64,000 bases of DNA, from positions 47,492,001-47,556,000 of the forward strand of contig OX597819.1 in the NCBI GenBank assembly GCA_951406725.2, given 5' to 3'. How positions within the stretch are numbered: position 1 is the first letter of the stretch; every line of letters starts with the position of its first letter. Under the pieces are notes generated by a model. That model ran no database searches. It was not told the DNA's origin and saw only the letters and a list, made by a program, of their open reading frames with translations. Positions 28,240-43,449 of this stretch are shown one piece after another. The DNA is from Octopus vulgaris (taxonomy: Eukaryota). The position numbers and the translations under genes were made by a program.

Positions 28240-28410
28240 AGCAGGCAGAATTGATAGCACACCAGGCAAAATGCTTGGTGGTATTTTGTCTATCTGCCCT
28301 TACATTCTGAGTTCAAATTCCACCACAGTCAACTTTGCCTTTCATCCTTTTGGGATTGATAAAATAAGTACCAGGTGAGCACTGGGGTTAATGTAATTGA
28401 CTTAACTACA
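28240..28410 (+). mobile_element. Second SINE family (Meta-domain-like core GCCTTTCATCCTTTCGGGGTCGATAAA)
   Basis: Pol III-like head ..CTGAGTTCAAATTCC, then the conserved core. Homologues at 5790-5945(-), 26565-26700, 29080-29305, 49135-49295(-), 49385-49555 and 59300-59500(-). The Meta-domain name is from recollection. Confidence 0.75.
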
Positions 28411-28586
28411 CCTAGGTAAGAGCATAAAAGCTGCAACTCTCTATCAAACCATGTTGAGCTGGTGTGGCAGAATAGGGACATCAAACCAATATGATCTTTT
28501 GGTGGAGAGAATATGCTGAGGTCTTTGTCCTGCAGATAGGCAACCCAATCCATGTATATAAATATATATATATATATATATATGGG

Positions 28587-28631
<45 letters not shown>

Positions 28632-28764
28632 TCTTCCATAGAGTATCCATCTGCCAAATTCACTCACAGGGAATTGGTCTGCCTGGTACTATAATAGAAG
28701 ACACTTGCCCAAGATGTGATGCAATGGGACCTCTTTGCAGTTGAAAATCTAATTTTTATCAGCA

Positions 28765-28796
<32 letters not shown>

Positions 28797-29351
28797 CCCA
28801 TCTTACATAAACTCAAACTATTTTTTCTTTGATTTTACCCAGTTCTAGTTGGCAATAAACATGCGAAAAAATAAAATATGGAATGCAATATTTAATAGAA
28901 TATTGCAGGTTAAGATTTTTCTTGATTCTACTGTGTATTTTCTAACTCTGTGGTAATTTATTTTAACTCTTCTATCAATTTCCATATTGGTTATGTGTTT
29001 CAATTATCCTTGAAGCTAATTAAGAATTTGGAAGGATTTAATTAAAATAAGCAACATTTTCATTATAAAAACTGTTTAAGGTGGGGAGCTGGTAAAATCT
29101 TTAGCATACTGGACAAAATGCTTAGTGGCATTTCATCCATCCTTAGATTCTGGGTTCAAATTCCACTGAGGTCAACTTTGCCTTTCGGGGTCAATAAATT
29201 GAGTAGCAGTTGAACACTAGGGTTGATGTAATTGACTTACTCCTCCCCTAAAATCCCCCCACCCATCCGAAATCGGTGGCCTGGTGCCAAAATTTGAAAC
29301 CATTATTAAAACTGTTTGAAATGTAACTTAAACTGTTCTTGCATAAAACTA

Positions 29352-29799
29352 TACTCTTTACTCTTTTACTTGTTTCAGTGATTTGACTCTGGCCATGCTG
29401 GAGCACCACCTTTAGTCAAGCAAATCGAACCCAGGACTTATTCTTTGTAAGCCTTGTACTTATTCTATCAGTCTCCTTTGCCGAACTGCTAAGTTACAGG
29501 GACATAAACACACCAGCATTGGTTGTCAAGCGATGTTGGGGAGACCTAACACAGACACACAAACATACACACACACATAAATATACACACATATATACAT
29601 ATATACGACGGGCTTCTTTCAGTTTCTGTCTACCAAACCCATTTACAAGGCATTGGTCGGCTCGATGCTATAGTAGAAGACACTTGTCCAAGGTGCCACG
29701 CAGTGGGACTGAACCTGGAATCATGTGGTTGGAAAGCAAGCTACCTACCACACAGCCACTCCTACGCCTAGCTACTTACCACACAGCCACTTCTATGCC
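29352..29799 (-). mobile_element. Main SINE, near-intact, with ~30-bp duplication of its 5' head
   Basis: Family sequence to 29768, then AGCTACTTACCACACAGCCACTTCTATGCC repeats the head. Confidence 0.88.
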
Positions 29800-32700
29800 T
29801 ATGTAAGAAGGTTTCAAATTAAATAAGGACATCTTAAAATAGTCAGGTTTGTATCATAAAATCCAAAGACAAGTTGAAGTTAACCTATAATCATCAGCAT
29901 AGTACATCCATGTAGATGAAAATGCCACATACATTCGTGGACTTATTGCATAATACATAGATTTTCTTTTTAAATCAAAAAGTGATTTGTGATCCAACAA
30001 AAGTAGATAGGAGTTTATTTTTTTCACCAACTCATAGATTGTGTGTTCCTTAATATTGTAGCCAATTTTGAAAGTAGTGATTTTTATAAGTATACATTTT
30101 TTTATAAAATAATCATTTCGCTAAGTTTTTATGTGACCTGGGAAAAGACCCAAATTTCCTTATTGAGAACAGATGCTGATCATCAGTTGCTTAATATTTT
30201 GGAAACAAAATTCCCCGTACAAAATAGAATATTCTTGACTGCTACATTCAATGGATGTACACCGTTTACATATATAACAGCACTGGTCTTTGCATCTATT
30301 TTTACATATCCAACTTTCAAAAATAGCTTCATTCAACAGTTACTATCATTTGAACCAGCTAGGGTATATTGCTTATAAGTTCTTTGTTTCTTGACCAATT
30401 TAAGAAAAAACTGGACATTACTTTTTAATATAAAAAGTTGAACTTTTAATGGATGAACTTATATGCTACTCTTATTTTATAGAAAATCTAAGGAAATAAC
30501 AAAGGAAAGTTAGCTGCTGTATTATTTGGGGATATTTTATTGAAATATAGTTTTATTATCAACAGATACAACTATAATTCATTCAAACATGGTAAAATAT
30601 GTAACAGGTCTATTGAAAAAATATAATCCAAGTGAAAATTTGAATAATTACAATATCTAATTTGAATATTTGAGATGTGAATATGCCATTAGCTAATTTG
30701 CATATTTTTATTACATTTGAACTGGTGGTTGTTCTGTTTGAAGTTTTAGTGTGCAATACCTCAACTTACTGCTATTTCTCATCTCACTTGCAGAACTAAA
30801 CAATATTCTGACACTGTTCTTAGATTTATAGTAGCTTCCCTCTATAAATCTGTCACCACTGTTGTAATCGTTATTATCACCATCACCGTCAAATTGTTTT
30901 ATTGAGAAGAAAACTACTAGCAGGAAGTGAGAGCATATGGATGTCTTTAATTTGTTATTGTTAACTATTATCTTTTGTTTGCTATTTTTCTTTTTTATTT
31001 TATTTGGTTGTCATTTATGACATACAAATATTATTTCACAATTCCTTCCCTTTTTTTTTTTTTAAATATGGGTCTCTGCATATGAAAATATCCTCTGGAA
31101 AGTTTTGATAGTAATCCCTATCCTCTATAACAACTACTGCTATTTTACTCATCCAATTGTTTCATTGCTCTATTAAATATGATCTCTCAAAATCAACTTA
31201 TTATGTAATATGAAACAAATACAGAAGTTAGCTTATAATATTTTCTTGAAGTCATTTTCCCACCTCACATTTTTATTTTGACATGTAAAAGTATTTAACC
31301 TATTACTAACCTTTCTAAAGAGGCAATCAAATCAACTTCTTGACATATTTCATCTGTATCCTGCCTCACACATTATATGTTTACATTTATCTTCCTTTCT
31401 CATTCTTTTAGAATATTTACCAAATAGATAGCAAGAATTAAAAAAAAAACCTTGATAAACAACTGAGTCAATTCAAATAAAACAATTACAAGATACATGA
31501 TGTGACTTTTTACTCCCCCATCACTCTTTCACTCTCCGCTTCTCACTCATACATACACAGATGCACAAACTTTCATGCTATTTACTGTATGTGTCAGTTG
31601 GAGTGTGAAATGTCACACAGGAAGATTATATTTATTTAAAATAAAAAATAAAATGGTTGATATGAAAGGAGATACAGAACAAGCATCCTCAAAAAATTAT
31701 AACAATACTATGGTAAAGGAATAAAGAAAAATAATTATATTTATTCCAGATGCAGAACCATATGGAAGAGATGTACTTTTATATCAAAAGTAAAATAAAG
31801 TTATTAAATAAAATAAACAAAGAATGAAAAACAATATGTTTCTTTAAATGCGAGTAAAAAGTGCAAGGAAGAAAGGTAACACTGCATTTAGATTTTAAGC
31901 TTAACACTATTAATATAACAATGTTATTAAAATGTATTTTAAATAATGTATATCATCTAAGATCAACCACATCCGTAGCATCAACATAGTTGATTTAAGC
32001 TAACAAAGGAAGTAAGTTCTGTGTTGTTAGTGCAACTGTACCCAAGATTGAAACTACCACATGACTCTTGTGCGCCTTTAGTGGAGTCTACTGTTGCATG
32101 CATTCCTTCCAAGCTTCCGGGCTAAGGATAACTCAATATCTTGATGCACTGCTTCCAGTGGCATTAATCCAGAAGTTATGGTTTTAGATTGCCTTTCCTC
32201 CTCAGACTCAGAGACCCAGTAAAAAGGTCATGCACACTGCCCTTCTTCCTCTAGCTAAACCATAACATATATTTAAAAAAAAAAAACATTAACACACTAA
32301 AACTTCAACATAGAGCAGCTTCGTAATTTAGAAGAGGTGCACAAAATTATCCAGCAGCTCTCTACCAACAACTTTATCCATCTTTCTGAATTCAGTATCT
32401 CAACCATCAATGGCCATAATAATAAAATAAAATGCATTGCAATACCCATGACATTAAGAAGCAATTTTTTACACTCAAAATTGTTAAGGCATGAAATAAA
32501 CTATCCACATTAATTGTTAACTGTCAAGGCACTGCATGCTTCAATAATCCCATGCTTCCGGCAATCAATCAACACTACTTTTAACCTGTTTACACATTCT
32601 TTTCTTTCTGATGGCTTATTACTGTCCACATTTTCATACTATTGTGTATTATTCAGTGTACTTTGCATAAATCTTTTGGCCACCATTATGTCTTTCTTTG

Positions 32701-32838
32701 TTTGTTTTACTGCTGTTTGTGTAAATTTATTTGTCTCTTCTTTTACTATTTTCTGATGAGTTCTAATGTACCTGAGTACCCTACATAAGAAATTCATTAT
32801 TATTTTAATGATTAGACAATGAAGTAAGTACACTTCTC

Positions 32839-32977
32839 CTAAAGAAATCGCATGATCTTTGAAATGGTGCCAGGTTTAGTAAGTTCTACATCTTGAAATA
32901 ATACATTTACATTAAAATCAAACTGCTTAGGCCAAAACATTGAGAAAATGCTGAGACCAGCATATTTTTCTATTCCA
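32839..32977 (-). CDS. Candidate terminal coding exon of an unidentified upstream gene
   Basis: Strong pyrimidine tract (cttttcactttgtcgcctttctttcAG), then GIEKYAGLSIFSMFWPKQFDFNVNVLFQDVELTKPGTISKIMRFL-stop, followed by ~3 kb of SINE-poor UTR-like sequence. Protein not recognised. Confidence 0.3.
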
Positions 32978-33284
32978 CTGAAAGAAAGGCGACAAAGTGA
33001 AAAGGGGTTGGGGGTGGATTTAATTTTTGATCCCATGAATTTCAAATGGGGAATCAGTACAAAATAGGTTGTTCCAATAGACAAACAACCCACCAATCAG
33101 CTTTGAAAATACAAGAGTTATAAAATAACAAAAATCAGTTGAAGCAACTATCTTAAAAGTATGAAAGAATTAAAGTTAGAAAATATGAACTCAGTATTGT
33201 GAATCCCAACAGTGGTTCCTCACGATCTGCTTCAACACATTTCAGTATTCTATCAGTAAACTACACTATTGCTTTCTAGAGAGA

Positions 33285-33353
<69 letters not shown>

Positions 33354-33519
33354 GAAAGAGAGAGATGAACAAATAGATAAATAGACAGATAGATAAAGGT
33401 AGTCAGGGTATGTGATAAGATAATTAAGATGAGACTTGTAGGCAACACAACAGTAACATTTATTTCTGCACATGTTCAACAGGCAAGTTTGACAAAAATA
33501 AAAGGGCGGTTTCTATGAA

Positions 33520-34800
33520 ATCTTCCTGTAAACTACCTCAATAGTGATTTGACAGTGACTTCATTACTGTGGCAGGTAACTTCAACAGACATGTTGGCCA
33601 ACACAATGATGGCTTTTCTGAAATACATTGGAGGCTATGGTTTTGTTTCAAGAAATGAAGAAGGTGTAAGATATGATGCAGCTGATATGATGCACTTTAA
33701 GAAACCAGCCACTTCATCATCTGCCAACTGGTGAACACACAAGTCAGATAGATTACATTCATACATGGAAATAGAACAGAAGAGCTATTGTACAGAATGC
33801 ACCTCAAAACAGAATGCACAACACAACATAGATTAGTTAATAGTGATTTCAAAGTCAGAGCTAGGCAGACACAGAAGCAGATGATATGGAGAAGGAAGAA
33901 ATGAAAGCTAAAAGATCTCCCACTTGGGAATAGGGTTAGCAAAATTTTAATTGATGCATACAATTTTAGGGAGAAAGATTTAAATGCCTGTAGCATAAGT
34001 TACTTGTAATTTCCATGAAATAACCTGCTAAGAGGTACAAAGTTCCAGCCAAATTAAAATAACATGGTGGTGAAATGATAGGGCAGCAAGGGATAAAAGA
34101 CAGGCTTGGGAAACTGAAAGCAGTAATAGGGAGCACTATCAAATGGATAGAAGAATAGCTAAGCAGCAGGTGTACTTGACTAAGGATGAGGCAGAAAAAA
34201 AAAAAGAAAAAGAGATCAGAGACATGAAGTATTCAAAATTGCAAGACTGTGAGTGAGAGAGAACTAGAACATCATTGGTAAGAAGTGTATTCAAAATGAT
34301 GAAAGCACACTCATCATTGACATGGAAAACAGAAACATGGCATGTGCTATTATAAGAGACAGCTGAAATCTCACTAGAAGCAGTCAATAGCTTTTGTTGC
34401 CTAAGAGATGTAATTGGCAGTGTAGGAGGTTGCTCTGAATGTATAGTACCTAGGGTAAGAGCATGCTGGAAAAAATTCAGCGTGTTTCTATTGCAGCTGG
34501 CAACAAAGGTCTTTTCCTTCAAAGCAAAAGGTAGATTATACTATACTTGCGTTAAAACTGCAATATTGCATGGTAGTGAAACATACCCTTTGCCTTAAAT
34601 GCAGAGTACTTGAGAAGATTGGAAACAAAAATTAAACTGGCATGCTCCATTGGGCATGCAATTTAAGAGCATAAACAACAAAGCACTGATGTGTTAAGAG
34701 AAAACCTGAGTGTAAAAGGAATTAACTGTATGCAAGGAAGAAGACTGATATGGACATGTGAAGCATATAAATGAGGAGAGCTGTATAAAAAAGCACTGAT
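33520..34800 (+). mobile_element. Decayed, internally deleted RTE-clade LINE
   Basis: APE-endonuclease motifs AGNFNRHVG, GGYGFVSRNEEG, SQIDYI and ECTTQHRLV; post-RT motifs LEAVNSFCCL..GGCS..RVRACWKKF and KGRLYYTCVKTAILHGSET. RT core missing; many stops. Confidence 0.85.
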
Positions 34801-34807
34801 CATTTAA

Positions 34808-34839
<32 letters not shown>

Positions 34840-36822
34840 TGTGTGTGCGTGCGTGCACGAGTGTGTGTGTGTGTGTGTTTATGCTTTCATTGGTTGAGTG
34901 AGACAGTGATGATATTAGCTTTCCTTATTGGCATCATGACCAGTTTCTCTGTGGTTTCAAAATCATCTGGTATAAAAATTCTGCTGCTTGAAAACAGGTA
35001 AGTGTTGATTACAGGATGTCCAAATCCATACTAGGAAGATGGATATTAAACAAACAAACTAATATATTTAAAATACAGAAAAGACATGTTTAATCACTGC
35101 ATCAGAGTACACTTGTGCAGATGTGGCACAAGTTGAAAAATGCTAATATATTTAGAAACGTCAAGTGTTTTTGAAGAGAATTTCTTTTGCAAGAAAGTAC
35201 AACATATGAGCTCAGCTCTATTCAAAATTTTTTTTTCTCTAGATAATTAACCTTATTAGAAGCTGATGGTATGCTATAACACTTTTAACTCAATGTGTCA
35301 TGGATTGAAAAGGGTTAAAAATCGTTATGTTGAACATAAAGTTAAAAGTTTCTAAAAATTTACACTGGCTATAAACAGTATAATTTACAACATAACTAAA
35401 TTCCATAGAGAGAAGAATGAAAACTATTCTATATTAAGAAATCTCAAAGGATTAAATAAACTCTTTTAAAATGCAGCTAAAACATGATTACCCAACTTTC
35501 GAAAATATCAATAAAATTGAATGCAGCAAAAAATTATATATATAATTCAATCTTTCATCTCATCTGCAAAATCATGTAGGATATTTGTTTCGAGAGAAAG
35601 AAAATCTAAATCAAAGATCCTAAATTATATGAGAAAATGCAGTAATTTTTAAAAATTTAACTGGACTAAAAAAAGAAAAGATATGTAAAGAACAAAACTA
35701 AAGAGAATAGTTTCTAAGATTTCTTGTGTGATATTTACGTTGTCTATAAAAACGACTTAAATATCATAAATGAAACAGTTGCATAAAAGAAAGTTTTAAA
35801 ATTGCCAATGTGAAAACATTAAAAAACAAAACAAAAACAAACAAACAAAAAAAAAACATTGAGGGCATTAAAAAAGGCTGGTTGTAGCATAATATCAGAA
35901 ATTCTTCATGTTGTTATCAGGCAGCTGAAATGAAAGAAAGCTCTTTCCAAATACAAAAACGACACTGCACTTGCTAAAAGATACCAGCAACATGGTTAAA
36001 GAAAAAATAATTCAGATTTTCCACAATTTATAAATAATGGAACCATTGTCATAAGAATAGTATGCAAATGTCATATTTCCCCTGCAAGACAAACAAAACA
36101 GATTATAAGCTTATGCTCAGTAATGTATAAATGTATATATAAGTTGTAACAAACAGAGCTGGTAAATAACTAACTGAACAAGTTTTGAAAGTGAATACTC
36201 AAGCATTGATAAACATTGCAGTATAGAATAGATCTCATTCCTAAATTTTATTGAGTATTAGAAAGAGCTTGATTGTATGTATAGAAATGAAAGTAGCTTT
36301 GGCATATCTAAAATGACATACTGAGTCAATTTAGATCAACAACAAAACCACCTTGTACAGCTATTCCACAATCTTAAATTGCTAGCATTGAGGGACACAT
36401 AAAACTTTGGTCCCCCACTGATCAACCAGACATTCTACTGCACCTTTTGCTTAATCATTTTATTTTTCTTCTTTTGTACTGCTTAGTCAGAGTAGGAAGG
36501 GTAGTGCCAATGACATTTGCAAGGTCTCTGAGATTGGTAGTGCTGGGGAAGACGGGCAGCAGAAATGATGACTCATAGGTTTCTGCAGTAGAAAAGAAAC
36601 CATACATAAACACTGAAGTAGACTTGAAGAAATGGTACAAATGCTTGCAACAAGGACTCTGTTAAAGATACAGGAGGACCACTTAGTAATATTAAACTGG
36701 CGAACACTGATGATTCAGAGTTAAGTTCTTTCCTACATACTAAACTGACACAGATGATTTAGGCATTTCTATTCCAGACCTAGACTTGATCATGTTAAGC
36801 CTTTAAACCTAATTGGTTTTAA

Positions 36823-37250
36823 CTCTTTAGCATTCACATTATTCTGTCAAATATAATGTTTTGAATTAATCATGCATTATCTTGTAATTTTGAGATTTCG
36901 ATGAGGTAACTTAACCCTTTTGTTACTGTATTTATTTTGTGATGCTCTGTGTTTCTTTAAATTATTTTAAATATAACACAGAATTTAGTAAAATAACTTA
37001 GTTATCATTAAGTTGGTGTTAGGAACATAAATTGTGACTAAGGCTTGGTGGAAGATTTTAATTCAGGACTTATGAAAACAAGACTTTAGTACTACAGAGC
37101 CAGATGTGGTTTCAGCCAGGTTGGTATTGAAAGGGTTAATGTCTTAGAATGATATTGTAGGCTTGGTGTAAGAAACCTGATTTGGCCAGTTTGAACATAG
37201 AAAGGGTAGAATATATTGACCAGATATGGCTGGTTTAAATGCTAAAGGGC
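36823..37250. mobile_element. Nested TTAA-flanked (piggyBac-type) MITEs; inner element 36915-37135
   Basis: Outer TTAA-CTCTTTAGCATT ... AATGCTAAAGGG(C)-TTAA; inner TTAA-CCCTTT ... AAAGGG-TTAA. A decayed relative of the inner element lies at ~2015-2268. Confidence 0.75.
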
Positions 37251-39390
37251 TTAACTGCTAATTTCAAACTTCTATGGTTCTTGAGAGTGTAGAAAAATGG
37301 TCATAGACAACTAATTGTAATTCCTGCTTCCACATTCATCCAATATTTAGTGCCACTTTGATAAAACAAGTACTAGTTGAGCACTGGGGTCGATGTAATC
37401 AACTTAGCCCGTCCTCCAAAACTGCCAGCCTTGTGCCAAAATTTGAAACCAATATTTGGTGCCACTTACTCTCTTTTCTGATTAAATATTTCATTTGTCA
37501 ACATAGTAAAATATGTATTAGGAATTCTTTATTACTAGAGAAATTAAATACATGACTAATTATCTGAACCAGATGTAAACTAAGCAGAAAAATGATAACA
37601 CTTGATACATCATAGAATTCTCACATATCAGTAGGTTTGTTTCTATGTAATTATCAATACTTGATCTACACAATGTATTAAGTCAAAAATGTCCAAACAA
37701 AAACCATTACTGACTGCAGTATGTGGTTTTCACAATAAAGACAGAATCACTACAAAGATAGAGATGTTGATAAAATGTTTTGTTTGATAGCTGTGCAATA
37801 GGCCTACTTACACACATATATTGTATCATATTCATCATTGGTATAATGTCCACTTATCCATTGCCTACATTGGTCAAACAGTATTTGTTAAGATGAATTT
37901 TCTAAGGCTGAATACCTGTCCTTTTGCCAACCCTCATCTGTATTCACATAAATTTATATTTTCTCATGGGTGGATGAGTTTTCACAGAAGATTGGAAACA
38001 AAGGACACCACTTGAATCACAGTGACATTCATTTACAACTGTCATAAGATGTCAGGGCACACACACACATGTATGACAGATTCTTGCAGTTTCCTTTTAC
38101 TAAATCCATTCACAAGGCTTTAGACACTTACCAAGATGTCACACTGTAGGACTGAACCTGAAACCGTATTGTTGGGAAGTAAACTTCTTACCACACACCT
38201 GTATCATATTATAATGCTGTTAATGAATAATAGCATTGTTGGTCACAGGTTTCCATTGAGCTAGTTACTAGTTCACAGCATTTCTGGCAGTAAGAGTGAC
38301 AAAAGATAGTCTATACCTTCATGCAGAAGAGACATTGTAAAGAAATTCATTAAAAAAACATTGACATTTCAGCTTTCTTGTTGATTATACATCAGCAAAA
38401 AATAAACACTAAACTGTAAAAACTTTAGAATATGACATATAGCAAAATTGAAGGAATGAAACATTCTGAGATAGAGGAATTTTTTTTTTACTCTTTAAAA
38501 TCAAATCTCGTTTCATAATATCTCAATTATCCTGTCTCAATAGCTTTAAAAATAAGATAAATATACTCTCTCTCTCTCCCTCTTGAACATTTGTCTTCAC
38601 TCACTCAGAATGTTACACAATGTCATTTACTCACATAGCAAACTTCTTAAACATGTAACTATGTCTGCACCCTTTAACTGTATGACACTTATCACTAAGA
38701 CCCAAGTAAGATAAACTAAAAGCTTAGAATGACATTTGTTGCTAAGTTCCAGGTAAGACAAAGATAAGCTAAAAGCTTAATTTCAGACCTTATGCATTTC
38801 AGATCCTATAGTTTCCAAGATATAATTTTTAGAAACAAACTTTTCCTCTTCTATTTCGAGTAAAAACAGGCTTCTTTTATGTTTTAAGAATATTTTTCCC
38901 TTGAGCAATCTCATTTCATGAAAGATAAAGGAAATTGTATAGAATTATTTACTGATTGCAGGAAAGATCACAATTAAAAGGGCACAGGCTGGATCTGCAT
39001 CCTGTAACTGTTTTTGATGGGTTTGAAGTTGGGTTTTGCATAAGTAAAGGAATGGGAGTGGTCAAAATGAATCTTTGTTTTCTTGTCCTGGGCATTGGGA
39101 ATAGTACTGAAATGGCCTGTAAGAAACCTTTTTGATCTTCTGACCCAAATCTAAGACAACTGGTTATGAACAATGCATGTTCATGTATATACAATACTGG
39201 ACTTTTAATAAAAGAAATAGGTGAAGATTTCACAGATGATGCCTACAGTAGAATACATTTATTTGCATTACATATAGGGGCTTTTTATCATATGTGTATT
39301 TAGTATGCAGAACACTCCTTTGAGGTACTTTCCTCAACCATATTGTTGATATACATAATCAAATTCACTTCATTCCCCCTATTTCTCTCT

Positions 39391-39432
<42 letters not shown>

Positions 39433-41140
39433 TGATCACTACTAAATTTTGTCAACTAAGTAGAAAATGATTTCCTGAAGATCTAATAAAACTGAAACAT
39501 GCACAGTTTTCTATGGTTGGCTTTAAAGACAAGATCCACTTGTACATGCATCATCTTTATTTGCTGCAAGTTTCAATTAGCTGATTCTATTTGAGTTATT
39601 TATCTTGTTTATAGTTTTTAGATTTTAGATTTTAAACACCTGCTCTCAAAGAAATCTTTTTCCTACTGAATGTATGAGTAAAGTCAGTTAAGTTTTTATT
39701 ATTATTATTAATTCACTATAATATGACAATGCAAATGTGAAACTCTACCATATGAGCTTTTAGTTGGCATGGCCAATTTGGAGTTCATCATTCAGTTCTT
39801 GGTTATTTCTTTCTGAAAATTTTTACCAACAATCTAATATTATTAAACTTTTTCAGTAACATATATCTTTCTGCTTTTTGCAATCATTACTCTATGGACT
39901 ATATTAACTACACCTTACCAAGAATTTCTCCTTACCAAAAATTTCTCCTTGTTGCACATACTTTGTTACTGTACCCAAACCCTATACTGAACAATAAAAA
40001 CAGTCATTCATTCTGATTACAACCAGAAGATGAAAGTCTTCTTTCTATGGCATCATGCAATACCTTTCCTATAGTGGCATGCATTATCTTTTCAAATCAT
40101 ATATTAATTCCATCAATCATCATCATCATCATCATTTAACGTCTGCTTTCCATGCTAGCATGGGTTGGACAATTTGACTGAGGACTGGCAAACCAGATGG
40201 CTGCACCAGGATCCAATCTGATCTGGCAGAGTTTCTACAGCTGGATGCCCTTCCTAACGCCAACCACTCAGAGTGTAGTGGGTGCTTTTATGTGCCACCG
40301 GCATGAGGGCCAGTCAGGCAATACTGGCAACGGCCATGCTCAAATGGTGTTTTTTACATGCCACCTGCACAGGAGTCAGTCCAGCGGCACTGGCATTGAC
40401 CTCACTCGAATCTTTTGTTCACGTGTCACCAGCACAAGTGCCAGTAAGGCGACGCTGGTAACGATCACATTCAAATGGTGCTTTTTACATGCCACCAGCA
40501 TGGAAGCCAGATGGCTGCTCTGGGAGTGATTCCGCTCGGATGGAGCCGTTAGTGCTCCACTGGCACAGGAGCCAGTCATCGAATTTGGTTCAATTTCGAT
40601 TTCATTTGCCCAAACAGGTCTTTGCAAGTAGAGTTTAGTGTCCAATGAAGGAAGGTTAGCATGGGTGCCAGTCGTCGAATTTGGTTTAATTTGAATTATT
40701 ACTAGAGAATAGGAAGTATTCACACTTAAGTCCATCCAATAGAAAAGTGTTCAATAAAAGAAAGGAAAAGAGTAGGGAAGAAGAATGGAAAAGGAGAAGG
40801 AAGAATAAAAATAACAAGCATGACTGTGAGTTAGAAAGTTTGCTTTGCAATCACAACTTCTGTGTTTGATATCACCTTTTTTGCCAAAGCTTTGACCAAC
40901 TAAAGCCTTGTGACAAATTTAGTAGATGTAAATGGTACAAAGGAAACCACTGAGATATCTCTCAGTCTCTCTCTCTTTCTAATTTACACAAACACACATA
41001 TGCAATTTTTCCAAAGTTTAACATCAAACTTTTCCTTGTAAAAATTAATAAGAATATACTCTACTGTAAAGTATGGAGTAATCCTTCAGTTTAATGTTAA
41101 ATTGCTTTGATATATAACTTGACATAAAAGCAAACATTAA

Positions 41141-41171
<31 letters not shown>

Positions 41172-43449
41172 ATGGATGAGGTGTAAAACTTTGCCAAAAT
41201 ACCTTTATTTTTGTATACTTTGGTATGGGCCTCAACCTGCTAGTTAAAACTCTTCACACCCATGTAGTGTTTACTTTTCCACTTTCTGTTAATAATTAAA
41301 TAATTTCTAAAGATATAATTGACCAAACCATTGAAGTAGATGTCCCAGAATGACCATGTCCAATGATTGACACCAGTTGAAAGAAAGAAGAATGGAGAAA
41401 AGAACAAGGAGTCAGATGTGGCTTTATGGTGAAGAAAGTTGCTTCCAGACCACATGGTTTTTGAGTTCAGTCCACCACCACTACTTGGCAACTGGTACTT
41501 GTTTGTTTACATCCCTGTGATTTTGAGGTTTTGCAAAAGAGACTGATAGAATAAGTAACAGAGTTAAAATAAAAAAAAAAGAAGAACTTGGTTCGATTTG
41601 TTCAACTAACTCTTCTAGGTAGTGCCCCAGCATGGCCACAGTCCAGTGACTGAAACAAGTGAAAGATAAAAAGTAGGATAAAGAAAAAAAGAGAAGTGAA
41701 AGAAACAGGAATTGAAAGATTGTAAGATTATGAATTGATAACCCATGTCAAATATCTATCAAGTATTGCAAATATCACCATAGTATATTCTTGTTTCTTT
41801 TCACATATACCATATCAAATACATTTGGTATTGAGGTATCGATACAGAAATTGCTCAGTTATTGTGATTTATTGTAACGTTAGCTTCAATGCAATAATGC
41901 ATTCCATTTTTCAATACTTTTTCAATTTTCAGGTTCAATAATGACAGCCTGGAAAAATGTCTTATGAACTGTTTTCTTTTCATATTGTGAAAAGAAAATG
42001 ATTCTTAATGGAAAGGTTAAGTATGTTGGAAATCTCAAAAGAGAAAAATCAAAAACGAAATCTGTGTTTATGTGTGTGAGGAATTTCTGATATAATGATA
42101 GATCATATTAACCACATTGTGTCATGTAAGATAAAAGCATTAAATAGACACATAATATAAACTAAAAATAAAAGGGAGTTATGATGATATAATTATATAT
42201 CATTTGATTTTCAGATAAGAGATTTGTCAGAAGCTGCAATTAATTTCATGTCAAAGAAAACAGACTATAATTAAGAGTACAGGAATTTGGATCATGTAAT
42301 TACAAACTTCTAAAATGGATTTTTGCCTGAGATATTTGAATATATTGTTTAGCTGTAGATCAGCCTTGATTTAGCAGCCCATAATAAAAAAATACATCTC
42401 ACTCATGATGATTTCATTTTTTTCAATGTAAGGGACAACTACATTGCCCAATGAGTTCTTTTTTTCTCTCTTTTAAGAGTAACCTTTATCTATTATTTGT
42501 TGCACTCATTGGACAGTGGCCATGCTGGGGCACTGCCTTTAGAGGTTTAGTCAAATGAATCAACCTCAGTACTTATTTTTTTAAGCCTGGTATTTATTCT
42601 ATAGGTACCTTTTTCCAAACCAAGTTTCAGAGATATAAACAAACTAACACTGGTTGTCAAGCAGTGATGGAACAAACACAAAGACACACATGCACGTGCA
42701 TGCACATGCACACACACACACACGACGGGCTTCCACACAGTTTCTGTCTACCAAATTCACTCACAAAGCATTGGTTGGCCCAGGATAACAGTTGAAGACA
42801 ATTGCCCAGTGCCCAAGGTGCCATGCAACCTTTTTCCAACCTTTTTCTCTACAAGGTACACCAACTCTGGCACTAAGTTTTACAATGCATCAACTTTTTA
42901 AAAGTTTTTCTTTTTTTCCTTCTACAAAAACAGTATTTTCACTTTGCTTCAAAGAAATACATATACAGCCCAGTGTGGCACATTAAAATCCCTCAACTTC
43001 CAGGAATATCTTGGCAGGCAGTTTTTGACTAACCTAAAATTTGTAGCATATCCATAGATTATATACTGCATACAAGTCCACTAGTATCCTTGTTATTTAT
43101 CTTCAGATCAGCTCTGAACTATCAACCCGATGATAGTTCTAGCCATGATCATTCTGGAGTGATTTAAAAAACATTTTCTTTTTATATTAGGGAGTACTAG
43201 ATTGCCTAGTATGTTTTTCCTGCTTTTAAAATGCAGGTGTAATTTGGGTTAGATTTAGCTGCTATTTCTAGCAAGTGACCATATAGAAGCCCCACCATTG
43301 GCTCATGACAAATGATGTAAACTGCATACTCTTTTTATTCTTCTTTTGCTGGTGTTAGTCACTGGATTGCAGCCATCTTCAAAGGATTTTAGATGACATT
43401 GATCATATTTTGGGAGGGTCATTTTGTTAATAAATACATGTATTGCTGT

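Noticed and set aside
38949-39233. 94-aa minus-strand ORF with an internal acceptor-like site
   Set aside because: No recognisable domain and no linkable neighbouring exons; insufficient support.
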